Position numbers and translations under genes: made by a program
NCBI GenBank assembly: GCA_010093815.1
Contig: ML996572.1
DNA from: Pseudovirgaria hyperparasitica
Lineage: Eukaryota
Reading direction: 5' to 3' (one strand)
Length of the DNA: 64,000 nt
Notes under the pieces: model-generated
What the model saw: the letters and a program-made list of their open reading frames with translations, nothing else
What the model was told of the DNA's origin: nothing
The model's database searches: none
Shown: positions 13,355-26,671 of the stretch, in pieces
Layout: every line of letters starts with the position of its first letter
How positions within the stretch are numbered: position 1 is the stretch's first letter

Positions 13355-15837
13355 ATGCAGAGGTTCGCGTCCAACCTCATCGGCCGCCGTGGCATGGCCA
13401 CGGCCAGCGCCCTGAACAAGAAGGTCCCCATGACCAACTGGGAGTCTTCAAACTACCTGAACTACCTTAAGATGAGCGAGAACTTGTCAATCGTCCGACA
13501 ACGTCTCAACCGTCCTCTCGCATACGCTGAAAAGATCCTCTATTCCCATCTGGACGACCCTCATGGTCAAGAGATCGAGCGGGGTAGCAGCTATCTCAAG
13601 CTTCGTCCCGATCGTGTAGCCTGTCAAGATGCCACTGCTCAAATGGCCATCCTCCAATTCATGTCCGCCGGTATGCCCTCCGTTGCGACCCCGACCACTG
13701 TACACTGCGACCACTTGATTGAGGCCCAGGTCGGCGGGGAGCAGGATCTCGCGCGCGCCAACGACATCAACAAGGAGGTCTACGACTTTCTGTCTACGTC
13801 ATGTGCGAAGTACAACATTGGTTTCTGGCGCCCTGGCTCTGGTATCATTCATCAGATCATCCTGGAGAACTATGCTTTCCCAGGTGGTTTGATGATCGGT
13901 ACCGACTCGCACACTCCTAACGCTGGTGGCCTGGGAATGGCTGCTATTGGTGTTGGTGGTGCGGACGCTGTTGACGTTATGGCGAACTTGCCATGGGAAC
14001 TCAAGGCACCCAAGGTCATCGGTGTTAAGCTTACTGGTCAATTGTCTGGCTGGACCTCTCCTAAGGGCAAGTAAAATACGAAGATAACACCAACACAAAA
14101 GCCCACTAACTGAATGACACAGATATCATTCTCAAGGTTGCGGGTATTCTGACCGTCAAGGGTGGTACTGGTGCAATCGTGGAGTACTTTGGTCCAGGAA
14201 CCAACACCCTGTCTGCTACAGGCATGGGGTAAGTAATAGACATCTAAATCTTGTGTATACTCAATGCTAACTCTACTGTGTAGCACGATATGCAATGTCA
14301 GTGTATTTTATTATTTCCTCGTGGGCCACAACTAACATCCATACAGATGGGCGCTGAAATCGGTGCTACGACCTCCCTTTTCCCATTCAACGACCGCATG
14401 TACGACTATCTCGCAGCCACCAAGCGTTCGCAGATCGGTGACTTCGCTCGCGAATATGCGGCTGAACTGAAGGAAGACGAGGGCGCTGAATATGACCAAT
14501 TGATCGAGATCAACCTGTCCGAACTCGAGCCTCATGTCAACGGCCCCTTCACTCCCGATTTGGCAACTCCTATTAGCAAATTTAAGGAAGCTGTGGAAGC
14601 AAACAAGTGGCCCGAGGAGGTCAAAGTTGGTCTTATCGGCTCCTGCACCAACTCCTCTTACGAGGACATGTCTCGTGCTGCATCCATCGCTGAAGACGCC
14701 ATGGCGCACGGTATTAAGTCCAAGGCTGTCTTCACCGTCACTCCTGGCTCCGAGCAAATTCGCGCTACTATCGAGAGAGATGGTCAGCTCAAGACTTTCG
14801 AAGAATTCGGTGGTATGGTTCTTGCGAACGCTTGCGGTCCTTGCATTGGTCAGTGGGATCGCCGAGACGTCAAGAAGGGCGAGGCCAACTCCATCATCTC
14901 TTCGTACAACCGCAATTTCACAGGTCGTAACGACGCCAACCCGGCTACTCACGCATTCGTAACCTCTCCAGATCTCGTTGTTGCCATGTCTATTGCTGGC
15001 ACTCTGAAGTTTAACCCCCTAACCGACACGCTCAAGGATAAGGATGGCAAGGACTTCAAGCTCAAAGCACCAACTGGTGATGGTCTGCCATCTCGTGGCT
15101 ACGATCCTGGTCAGGACACATACCAGGCGCCACCCAAGGACCGTTCTTCTGTCTCTGTCGCTGTTTCGCCTACCTCCGACCGTCTGCAAATCCTCGAGCC
15201 CTTCGAGCCATGGAATGGCAAGGATGCTACCGACCTTCCTATTCTCATCAAGGCTCAGGGCAAGACAACTACTGACCACATCTCCATGGCTGGCCCATGG
15301 CTGAAGTACCGTGGACATCTCGACAACATCTCCAACAACATGTTGATCGGTGCCATCAACTCAGCCAACGGTGAGGCTAACAAGGTCAAAAATTTCACTA
15401 CCAACGAGTTCGATGCTGTTCCAGCAACTGCTCGTGACTACAAGAAGAAGGGCATCAAGTGGGTTGTCATTGGTGACTGGAACTACGGTGAGGGTTCATC
15501 CCGTGAACACGCCGCTCTTGAGCCCAGGCATCTGGGTGGTCTAGCCATAATTACACGTTCTTTCGCCCGTATTCACGAGACGAATTTGAAGAAGCAGGGT
15601 ATGCTTCCTCTTACCTTCTCCGACCCAGCGGACTACGACAAGATCCAGCCCGACGACAAGGTTGATCTACTCTGCACTGAGCTCGCCGTCGGCAAGCCAA
15701 TGACTCTGCGCGTACACCCAGCCAACGGAGACAAGACCTTTGACGTCAAGCTCTCGCAAACTTTCAACGAGGGCCAGATCGAGTGGTTCAAGAACGGATC
15801 GGCTTTGAACACGATGGCGAAGAACGCGAAGGCGTGA
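13355..15837 (+). CDS. ACO1: Mitochondrial aconitate hydratase; 4 exons (introns 14067-14122 GC-AG, 14229-14283, 14297-14346)
   Basis: [67 protein letters not shown]; strong codon bias. Confidence 0.99.
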
Positions 15838-16187
15838 AGGCAGCTATGTAAATCTTGATATCAATAAGTTGTTGGGAGACGTTGGGGGTGATGCGGACGC
15901 ATGATTATTTATTCAGCATGTTCTGGGTTTCATTTCTCGTCTTCCATGTACCATATCCACAGGACGAGGCGAGACGGACTACTTGGGCGTATACATTTTC
16001 CCTTTAGAGTTCATAGCTTGATGAATTGGAACATTCACGACAGAAGAACATTCCAGATGTGCATTTAACTGTGTGGTGTTTGTTGTAAAGAAGTAACACT
16101 CGCTATGCAAACCCGCAGCGCTATGGTGCACGTTATGTACATTTCCGTTCTCGGATAATCAAATCTGACCAAGTTCCACTCCCTCCG

Positions 16188-17164
16188 TTATGGACACTCC
16201 GCCGTCTCGACATGCTCATGATAGATTCGACACCTCACCTTACCGTTCCAGGGCTTACATACGACCCGGCCATCCTCAAACACACACAACGCCCTCTTCG
16301 CCTTGGCACACCGATTGCAGAATTTTTTTTCACACCCGCTACACCCCACATGATTCCCATACGGATGCAGCACCTCGGAACATATCGCACAGCCCATGGA
16401 TTCCTGCCAGTGCTCCGGCTTCCAGGTGATCAGCGTATGCCGCTGCATGGCAACCTCCTCGGGACGCTTCAATTTGACGACCAGGTCACGGGTGAACTGC
16501 GGATGCCATTCATCCGGATGCTCGTCGAGTAGCTTATCGGTCTTCTTGAATGCGAAGAGATCGAGGACGAGTCTGCGGATCGGGGCGGAGGAAGGGATCG
16601 TGTCGTAGAGGATGAAGGTGTCCGAGGGCGTGAGGACAGAATTTGTCTGGTCGGCGAGGCTGGAGATGGTATCTAGGACGAGGTTGCGCAGGCCTTCGAC
16701 GGCGAGGCGGTCGGCGAGGCCGTAGAGGTGGAGCAGGACATAGTATGCGGGTTTTGCGTCTTTGAAGTAGGCCTTTGGGTCGAGAGTACATGTGTACGCC
16801 CAGTGGAGGAAGAGCTCGAAGGTGTCGAGGGATTCGGTGGGGAGGGTGACGGTTTGCGAGAGGCCTTCGGCGAACGCGCCGTTGAGGGCGGCGCGGAAGA
16901 AGGTCGAGTGATGGGTGAGGATGTTACGGTGGATAACGAAGCGCACGGCTTCGGCGCCGACGCGAAGTTCAGCCATGTCGTGCATTGCCTTGAATTCCGT
17001 GCTGGTATGGTCGACATTTAGTTGTCTGTTACATCAAATGCTCTGTAGAGTGTTTTTGATGCTTACCGTATGTTGAAAGACTGCACCTTGCGTTTCTGCG
17101 TTTCTGCGGGTACTTGCAACAGCGATGGCTCATGATCGCATTTGGCATGACTAGGAGGATACAT
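16188..17164 (-). CDS. BTB/POZ-domain protein with C-terminal Cys-rich zinc-finger-like region; start and first exon inferred
   Basis: BTB signature FVIHRNILTHHSTFFRAALNGAFAEG..VTLP..FELFLHWAY. Upstream exon MYPPSH..SFNIR joins in frame over a GTAAGC..CCAG intron. Confidence 0.8.
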
Positions 17165-17905
17165 GCTACTGTTTGATATCATGAGGGAGCGGAACCATGT
17201 ATAGAGGATAGTGTAAGCGTCCAAATGGACTATCGATCGTTCACTCGGCAGGCAACACCGAGTTAGAGCGAGTTTCGAGTATGACTACAGATTAGGATGC
17301 TGTAGGTAGAGAGTTGCTTCTGATTTATGAACACAACGTAAGCTGGAACACGGTCAACGTGAGAATACTAAAAGCGCGGGTACAACGATTGGGATTAGCA
17401 GCAAGGAAGTCAATCGAAAACACAGGCATTGTCGGAAGGTCTATTTCAATGAGACAAAGAATGTTGATTCGTTTTTGTCTGTAGAGTGCTTTGTCCGAAA
17501 ACGACGAAATTTCGAGGTCGACATACCTCAAACTTCCGCATGCGATACGGCACTCATCCCAAGCATGCAAGGGAGGTGTTAGTACCAGACCTACTCCGTG
17601 CACCCCAGATAGTAAATACTCTTTCATTCATGTACTTATTTTTGTTAGTGCCCAGCATTGTTCCATCCTGCCTAGGTCTCTGCATTTGCCCAATTATGGC
17701 TTGCCTTGACGCAACTTACCACGAAAGGCTCTCGCACGCCGACCAACGTGCACCTCCTATGGATCAAGGTTGAAATGGGAATAATTAGTGCATACAATTC
17801 CGAATATGTTGAGATAACCCAACGACATGCTTGCAAGAAAGATGTCCTCGCCCGAAACCTGGGATATTAAGCAGCCCTTTGTTTCGTTCTTTCTCCTTGC
17901 ATTTG

Positions 17906-19515
17906 TTAGACTCGATGCTTTTCGTTTTCTGCAAGAGTAAGCCTGCGCGGTTGGAGCTCTTCGGCACGATACTGACCAAGTCTTGAGTAAAGCATAAACA
18001 GCGCCATTTGGTTGCAGTCCTGCGTACCAGTGATCGTCACAAGTCTCTCGTTGCTGTTGTCCTGAGGCTCGTTAATCTTGATGACACTGCCACTGAGCTG
18101 TCGGATTTCGTTGATCTTCGCTCCACCCTTGCCAATGATGGCACCGACCATGTCGTTAGGAATGAATATCTGTTGAGTCAATGGACCGCCACCCGTGCCT
18201 GGCATGGTTTGCAACGCTTGTGGTGCAGGAGCTGGTCCGGTCGGGCCGGCTTGATGAACGCCGGGATGAGCACCATAAGGCTGGGGCTGCTGTGGGCCAG
18301 TATTGTTATATCCGGGCTGACGAGGAGATCCAGCACCAAAGTGCATAGGTGGTCCAGGAGCCTGCGCTGGTTGATGGTACGGAGAGCCATACTGTTGAGC
18401 GGGGGTCCTTGCATGTACCTGCTGTTGCTGTGGGCGTTGACCACGTTGGTTATAGGTATCTGGATGACCCCATTGACCGCCAGCAGGTTGGGGTACGTAG
18501 GGGACAACCTGCATACCTCCTGGTACCACACCAGCAGGACCACCGTTGCGAGAAGCGTAGGCAGATGCGGCTGGGCCGCCAAATCTTTCTGTAAGCTGTT
18601 CGACTAAAGTGCTCCCAACATAGTAAGTAGCGATATGTACAGCGTCAGCTACGCCAAGAACTACGAGGGACCTCTCCGTTGAGAGAGGAAGGCAAGAGTC
18701 AGAGGCATTAAGGCGTGCACCAGAAGCTTCCTGGATTTCTCGAATACGCACACCTTGCTTACCAATTATGGAGCCGATCAAGATGTGAGGGATAAGAAGG
18801 CGCAGAGGATAAGTCTTGGATTGGGGGGTCGATGCTGACTCCAAAGCCTCGTTGTTCAGTGTTCGAATGATGAGACCGAACGCCTTCCAAGGTCAGCTAC
18901 TTGATCGCTCATCCACGTCTGGTGTTTACATACCTTGGCCGCAGCATCTACCAAACCGCTAACTGTGAGGATACGTTCTACAGCTCCTCGAGAATAGTCG
19001 CTGACAGTGCACTTAGCGCCCGACATCTTGCGGATTAGGGTCACGTTCTCGCCACCTTTGCCAATGACAGTCGCAGCCTCGGCACTCGAGATGATAGCAC
19101 GAATGTGCAGCCAGCCGGTTTCGTCCTGATGAGCAGCAGACTGGCCATTGGTGCGACCGTTAGACGATGAGGTTGACTGGATTGGCTGAGTCTCTAGGAC
19201 ATGCTGACCGGCTTGAGAAGGTGCGTCGGGCACTACAGTATCACCTTGAACATCTTGGACTCCGTTGGATTCGGCGGGCGCGTCGACAGCGGGCTGCGGG
19301 TCAGGCTTAGCTTCCTCTTCGTTATGGTCTCCATTGATGGTGGTAACAGGTTCTGGGACAGGTGACAGTCCAGAGGTAGGCTCATCATCCTTGATGACTT
19401 TGTCCAGCGCTGGTCTTTTCGCATCGGGCTGGTCGCCAGGGCCAGAGGGTGACGAAGGCTCTTCAAGCGGCCGCTTCTGGGAAGGCGCGGAGGTTGCGGT
19501 CGGTGACGCCGACAT
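17906..19515 (-). CDS. Triple-KH-domain RNA-binding protein (hnRNP K / Pbp2 / Rnc1-like)
   Basis: Three KH loops: VIGKGGENV, IIGKQGVRI, IIGKGGAKI; Pro/Gln/Gly-rich linker. Confidence 0.92.
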
Positions 19516-20266
19516 CTTGGAATTGATTGGTAAAATGTCAAGGGGGTTTTCAACGTTAAGTCTTGTCACGATGCTACAACCACGATTGGTGTAGTTATGG
19601 AAAGTTCAATTCGGTCGAGCAAACTTGTTCGTATTTTATCGGGTCTTACGTACAGCGGGGGCTGTCAAAGAAAACGTGCTGGTGGTGAAGGTACGAGTTT
19701 GTTCGAGAGAGGTAGAAGGACGGGTTTGGTGCAGTGTTGAGGTGATGCTTGATAGTGACGTGATATGACGAAGGCCGGAAGATTGACGGTTGAAAGTGTG
19801 CTTGATGTGCGAGAGGAGTTGAAGGTGAAGTGTCCGAGGCAATGAAGCTTCTGGAGAAAAGACAGGAGTTGCCAGTGATGTAGTGATTGAGGTATCAGAA
19901 GTGTGATGACTAGAAGGTGAGCGGCTACGTGACCTTGAGCTTGCGTGGGAGGAAAGGCAGGCCCAGAGTAAAGTGAAGGTGCTCTCAACGTAAACCTTTT
20001 GCTTGCCTCACAAAAAATCTGCTATCAGATGGGCGATTTAAGCTCCTACGCATGCGCCGCTTGCCGGATGAGGATCGGCGAGACTCGAGTAGCTGGCTTG
20101 ACTAATGAAGCTGTAGTCAACAGGACGAAGAATTGATGGATTGTGTATGTCGCGAAGAAGATCGGGGTGCAAGATTTGGGTGGAAGTGAGAGATGAGAGG
20201 GGAAAACAGCCAGCAGCCAAAAGCGGAGCAGAGGTGAACAAGCTTGCCGTGTCGATCGAGGCGTGC

Positions 20267-20300
20267 CACGTGACCTTCACCGCTCGATTCACGCGCGCGT
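20267..20300. promoter_or_regulatory. CACGTGAC (bHLH/Cbf1-type) site and ACGCGCGCGT (MCB-like) site in the KH/CENP-K divergent promoter
   Basis: Motifs at 20267-20274 and 20291-20300, upstream of a kinetochore gene. Confidence 0.4.
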
Positions 20301-20457
20301 TCGGTATTTGCGGAACGCGGAAGCATTGTTTGCATCCCGGAGCATGTTGGGTTCGATGGATACGCAAGCAGCCCAGATTTAATGGTCAAGTCGTGTAAAA
20401 TCTTCAACTATCGTGTGCAAAGCGAGCTCTATCCGTGCAGCACGTGTATTCATCAAC

Positions 20458-21567
20458 ATGGCGAGTATCCCAAATGAGATCGAGTCGAAAATACGGCAGT
20501 ACGCAGCCGATACCCATGTTGCAGAACAAAGCCATATGGAAATCGATGTTTCGCAAGATCTTGAAACACGTCTAGACCAAACCATCAGTGGCCTGCAAGC
20601 GCAGTTGGCACGACAGAAAGCAGATCTGGAACTCGTATGATTGCCATGGTCTAGCAACTAATTACATGGCCGCTGACCGCAATAGCTTCGAGCCAAGGTT
20701 TCCTTGCCCGTTGCGACAACGCCTTCGCAAGACCCACGTAAGAAACTTCAGCAGCTCGAGGAACTGACGGCTGCTTATAACAAGCTCGCCGATGACGAGC
20801 CGTCTTTACCACCGAAGGGCTCAAGCATCCCAGCTCTGCTCGCAACTCGACTGGTGCAGGATACCGTGAGGAGCACGGCATCGGGTATTGATATCGTCGA
20901 AGCGCAATTGCTTGAAACAAAGCAGGATCTTAAGACGTGGACTGCCGAGTTGGACGATGCTCGTGCCCTTAAAACTGCCTTGCAAGAGAGATTAGCACGT
21001 CTAAAGCAACAGCACGAAGAACGCTCTGATAAGACTCTAACACAGACTGCACGTGAAACGCTACAAGGCAAACGACAAAAGACACAGGACTACGAGCGAG
21101 AAACGGAGCTTCTACACCGCGCTTTCAATGATTTCATCGATTCTCACTTGGCTGCTATGCTTGCCGCTGAAGAACTTGGAGGCCCAGTCGCTGGGGAAAT
21201 GATGGACGTCGACGACCAGGACCTGGCAGTAGGATTCTCGTCTCAGGGGAAACTTAGGAAAGGCAAAAGCATCTCTGATCAAGGACGTCAAAGGCGGATC
21301 GACGACATCTGGGGAGATGTTCTGGGACATGAGTCGAGCGAGCGCTTAAATGAGAAAGACGCAGCCGCTGCTGCATTTCGAGATCTTTTTAGAAAGCTAT
21401 ATGAGGCTCTACTAGACGTCAATAGCTCAGGACCTTACATACCCATGGAGAGAGAATCCGCAGCGGCGAGATTTCTTGTAAGGGCCAAAATAGCACAGTA
21501 TCATCCTAAAGACGCAGGACGAATGCGCTTGATAGATTTTGGCAAGGAATTAGACGAAAATGTATGA
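20458..21567 (+). CDS. Kinetochore protein CENP-K/Sim4-like; 2 exons
   Basis: Long coiled coil; C-terminal RFLVRAKIAQYHPKDAGRMRLIDFG resembles the CENP-K terminal HPxDxxRxRLxxF motif. Confidence 0.72.
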
Positions 21568-21785
21568 TTTGCCAGAGGATGTCACGAGAATGATTCTAGC
21601 CAATAAGTCGTTGTTATCACATACAATGTCATCTGGAGTGCGTGGTTTCCAGGTGTTTATTACATATCAACGCTATGGAGACATTGCTGTTGACATCGCG
21701 GACTTGACGACAGCAGTAGAGTGGTGAACAATAAAAGTACAAAGAAACGAGCTCGTGCTACCCAGTCTCTCGCGCAGAATCAGAT

Positions 21786-22895
21786 CTATTCCGAGAAAAA
21801 GTTGCGCATGTTGTTCAACCACCTGCCATACTCTCTTTGTTCCTTGAAATCGATGTAATCTGGAATGAAAATTGCCATGCGCTCGTTGATGCCGCGCTCT
21901 TGGAGGTATTGCTCGAACGAAGTTTGTAAATTGGGGTCAAGGGATGAATATCTGGGACCAGCGAAGAGATCTCTCCGTGCCCATTCCTTGTCGGCGCTCT
22001 TGGGCGTGGCGAGTGCAGCATCCTCGTAATAGTAGATATTGTCAATTATGGTCTCACCATCAGAAAGAGTCGCCTCGACGCTGACCGCACCCTTGCCGGG
22101 GCGCTCAATCTTGACCGTAATTCGAGCCGGGAAGCTGCGCGCCTGCTCGGGGAACTCATCCTCCTCAAGCTCGGGACGATCAGCAGGAGACACGCGGTCC
22201 TCTGGTGCCACTTTGATGTTGCCATCCTGTGTTGAACCAACATTTGCTGAGCCTTTCGTGTTGGCGCCTCCAGATTGACCTTCCATGTCAAGATCTTCCT
22301 CATCGTACATCTCGTCTTGCTCGTACGAATCCGGGTCTTCTTCAACGAGATCGAGGATGGAAAAGGTCACTGTGATCCTGTCATATATTTGTCAGTATCG
22401 TGCTATTGACTTGTGGCGTGAACGTGCAGTCTTACTTCTCATTCTCGTATTGCCGCGTGAGGGAGACCTCGTCATTACCAGGAATGTCTTCGAGCTGCAA
22501 TTGTTAGTCGGGGCTGTTAAAAACGAGGTCGGTAGTTCTTACAGTGAAGGCACTGTTCTCGAGATACTCTTTGATGCCCGGTGAGTAGTTTTCGGAGTCC
22601 ATAGCTTGAACTTGTTTTTCTTCATATTCGGCCTCTTGCCTCAGCATTGCTTCTAGCTCTTGGCTCGTAGCTATGACAGTCAGTATGAGGTGGTTCGAAG
22701 ATCGCCGTAGTAGAACGCACCATCTCGTCTGGCTGCAGATGTGTGGAAAGATGAGAGCACCTTCGGCGTGGTCGGCGCCCATGTTGTGCGAAGGAAAGGA
22801 GAGTTGCGTAGGATGGAAGCTTGAGGGCGAGCCGTCTTAGAAACTGAGTTGAGAACTCGCGGTGCAAAGCGCATACAACTTCTGAGAGACATCAT
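21786..22895 (-). CDS. MAM33: Mitochondrial acidic matrix protein (Mam33/p32/C1QBP family); multi-exon
   Basis: Basic presequence and acidic body; C-terminal GPRYSSLDPNLQTSFEQYLQERGINE..YIDFKEQREYGRWL. Confidence 0.93.
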
Positions 22896-23292
22896 TTTTA
22901 ATTCGACTACGGGTTGGAGATGGTCCTTTGGAATATGGGTAATGGATGCCGCAAAGCTGGAACTGAGGAGATACAGAAGCTTCACAAAATAAAAGTTAGG
23001 ATACGCGCTCGGACTCCTTTACACGTGATCCATGCGGAGTGACGAAATCTCCGCCGACGCGATATCGCACGCTTGAAACTTAAGTGCCTGCCATGAATAA
23101 TACTGCACAATAGCAGCAGTACAGTATCCGCACTCCTCTGATTCTATCATATGGCACGGCATTCATACCGAAAATCGCCAATGACCATATCGCTCCTCTA
23201 AATTCGTGGCTACGGCATCATAGCTTCCCAGAGCTTTCGGCAGCTCGAACTCCCACCTTCTCAGGTTTAGCCTCGTCCCTGGACGTCTGGTC

Positions 23293-24377
23293 ATGTCGGG
23301 GACTACGGAGAAGAAGAAGGTACGCTGCTGCATTTGCTGTTGGATGTTCGTTCAATAACACACCAGCTCCCAGGCCAGTGCGGTCCGCTCAATCATTGCC
23401 GGTGCTCTGGCAGGCGCGACCGAAATTGCAATCACATACCCTGCCGAGTTTGCAAAGACTCGAACACAATTGAACCGACAACTTCCAGACGGGAAAAAGC
23501 TTCCTTGGCCTCCTTTTGGTTCACAATGGTATGCGGGCTGTACGACACTTATAATCGGAAACTCAATCAAGGCTGGAGTACGGTTTGTGGCGTTTGACAC
23601 ATATAAAGGCCTACTGGCGGATGCAGACGGGAATGTTTCAGCGCCAGGGAACGTGATTGCAGGCTTTGGTGCAGGTGCTACTGAAAGTCTGCTCGCAGTG
23701 ACACCATTCGAAAGTATCAAGACCCAGCTTATTGACGATCGCAAGAGTGGGAACCCGCGTATGAGAGGATTTCTACATGGAAGTAGACTAATTGCGCAAG
23801 AGAAGGGTCTGCGAGGTTTCTTCCAGGGCTTCGTACCGACTACAGCAAGACAAGCTGCAAACAGTGCGGTTAGATTTAGCAGTTATACCAGTATAAAGCA
23901 ATTGGCACAAGCATACGTCGCACCTGGAGAGAAGCTAGGTGCCGTCAGTACTTTCGCCATTGGAGGTTTAGCAGGCACAATCACTGTGTGAGTACGAATA
24001 AACTTATTGATCATTAAAAAATGCTAACGCGGATAGCTATACGACAATGCCAATCGACACGGTGAAGACAAGGTTAGTAGATATTACTTGTACATCATAC
24101 TTTGATTTTAATTGGACTTAGGATGCAATCAATTCAGGCAAAGCAAGAGTACAAAAACAGCTTTGCATGCGCCGCCAGGATATTCAAAGAGGAGGGCATC
24201 ATGACCTTCTGGTCTGGAGCTCTGCCTCGTTTAGCTAGACTAGTACTAAGTGGTGGTATAGTCTTTACGATGTAAGAGTTAACTTTTGTAAAACGAGAGA
24301 CGTTACTGACCCTTTTCAGGTACGAAAAAACGATGGATCTCATGGATAAGGCGGATCCTGAGGGCAAATTCATATGA
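23293..24377 (+). CDS. CTP1: Mitochondrial citrate (tricarboxylate) carrier; multi-exon
   Basis: Three carrier motifs TYPAEFAKTR, VTPFESIKTQLIDD, TMPIDTVKTR, plus GNSIKAGVRF and RQAANSAVRF. Confidence 0.92.
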
Positions 24378-24813
24378 TTACGCTCTCGAAAAGGTCTACT
24401 GTAGGGACTGAAGCAAATAGGATCCAGATAGATTGCTCTGAGGATATTCGTGCTGGTCCTGAGTACGAAGGGCGAACTCGTAGGAAGTAGCTGGTACCAA
24501 TATGGACTGGCTAGTCACGCGAGCTGTAGATGCGTAACGCCACAGAAGATACCCTCAAAGTTTCTATGATTGTAGGTAAAGAATACATGTAAAGAAGGAT
24601 AGAACTATCAATAGAAGGTAACAGACATGCAGTGTGGTTGTGGGCCCGGTGGTGGCCTCCATGAAATGCCCACAGTTTCAAATGCAAAACTCATGATATG
24701 GGGCCCCACGGGGACATCCTATCCATGCGGATAGCTCTCCACATTCCCCCGGGCACGTACGACGCGCTACACGTACCACTCCACATCTCATCTTCCTAGT
24801 CGCTCCTTTCGCA

Positions 24814-26671
<1,858 letters not shown>

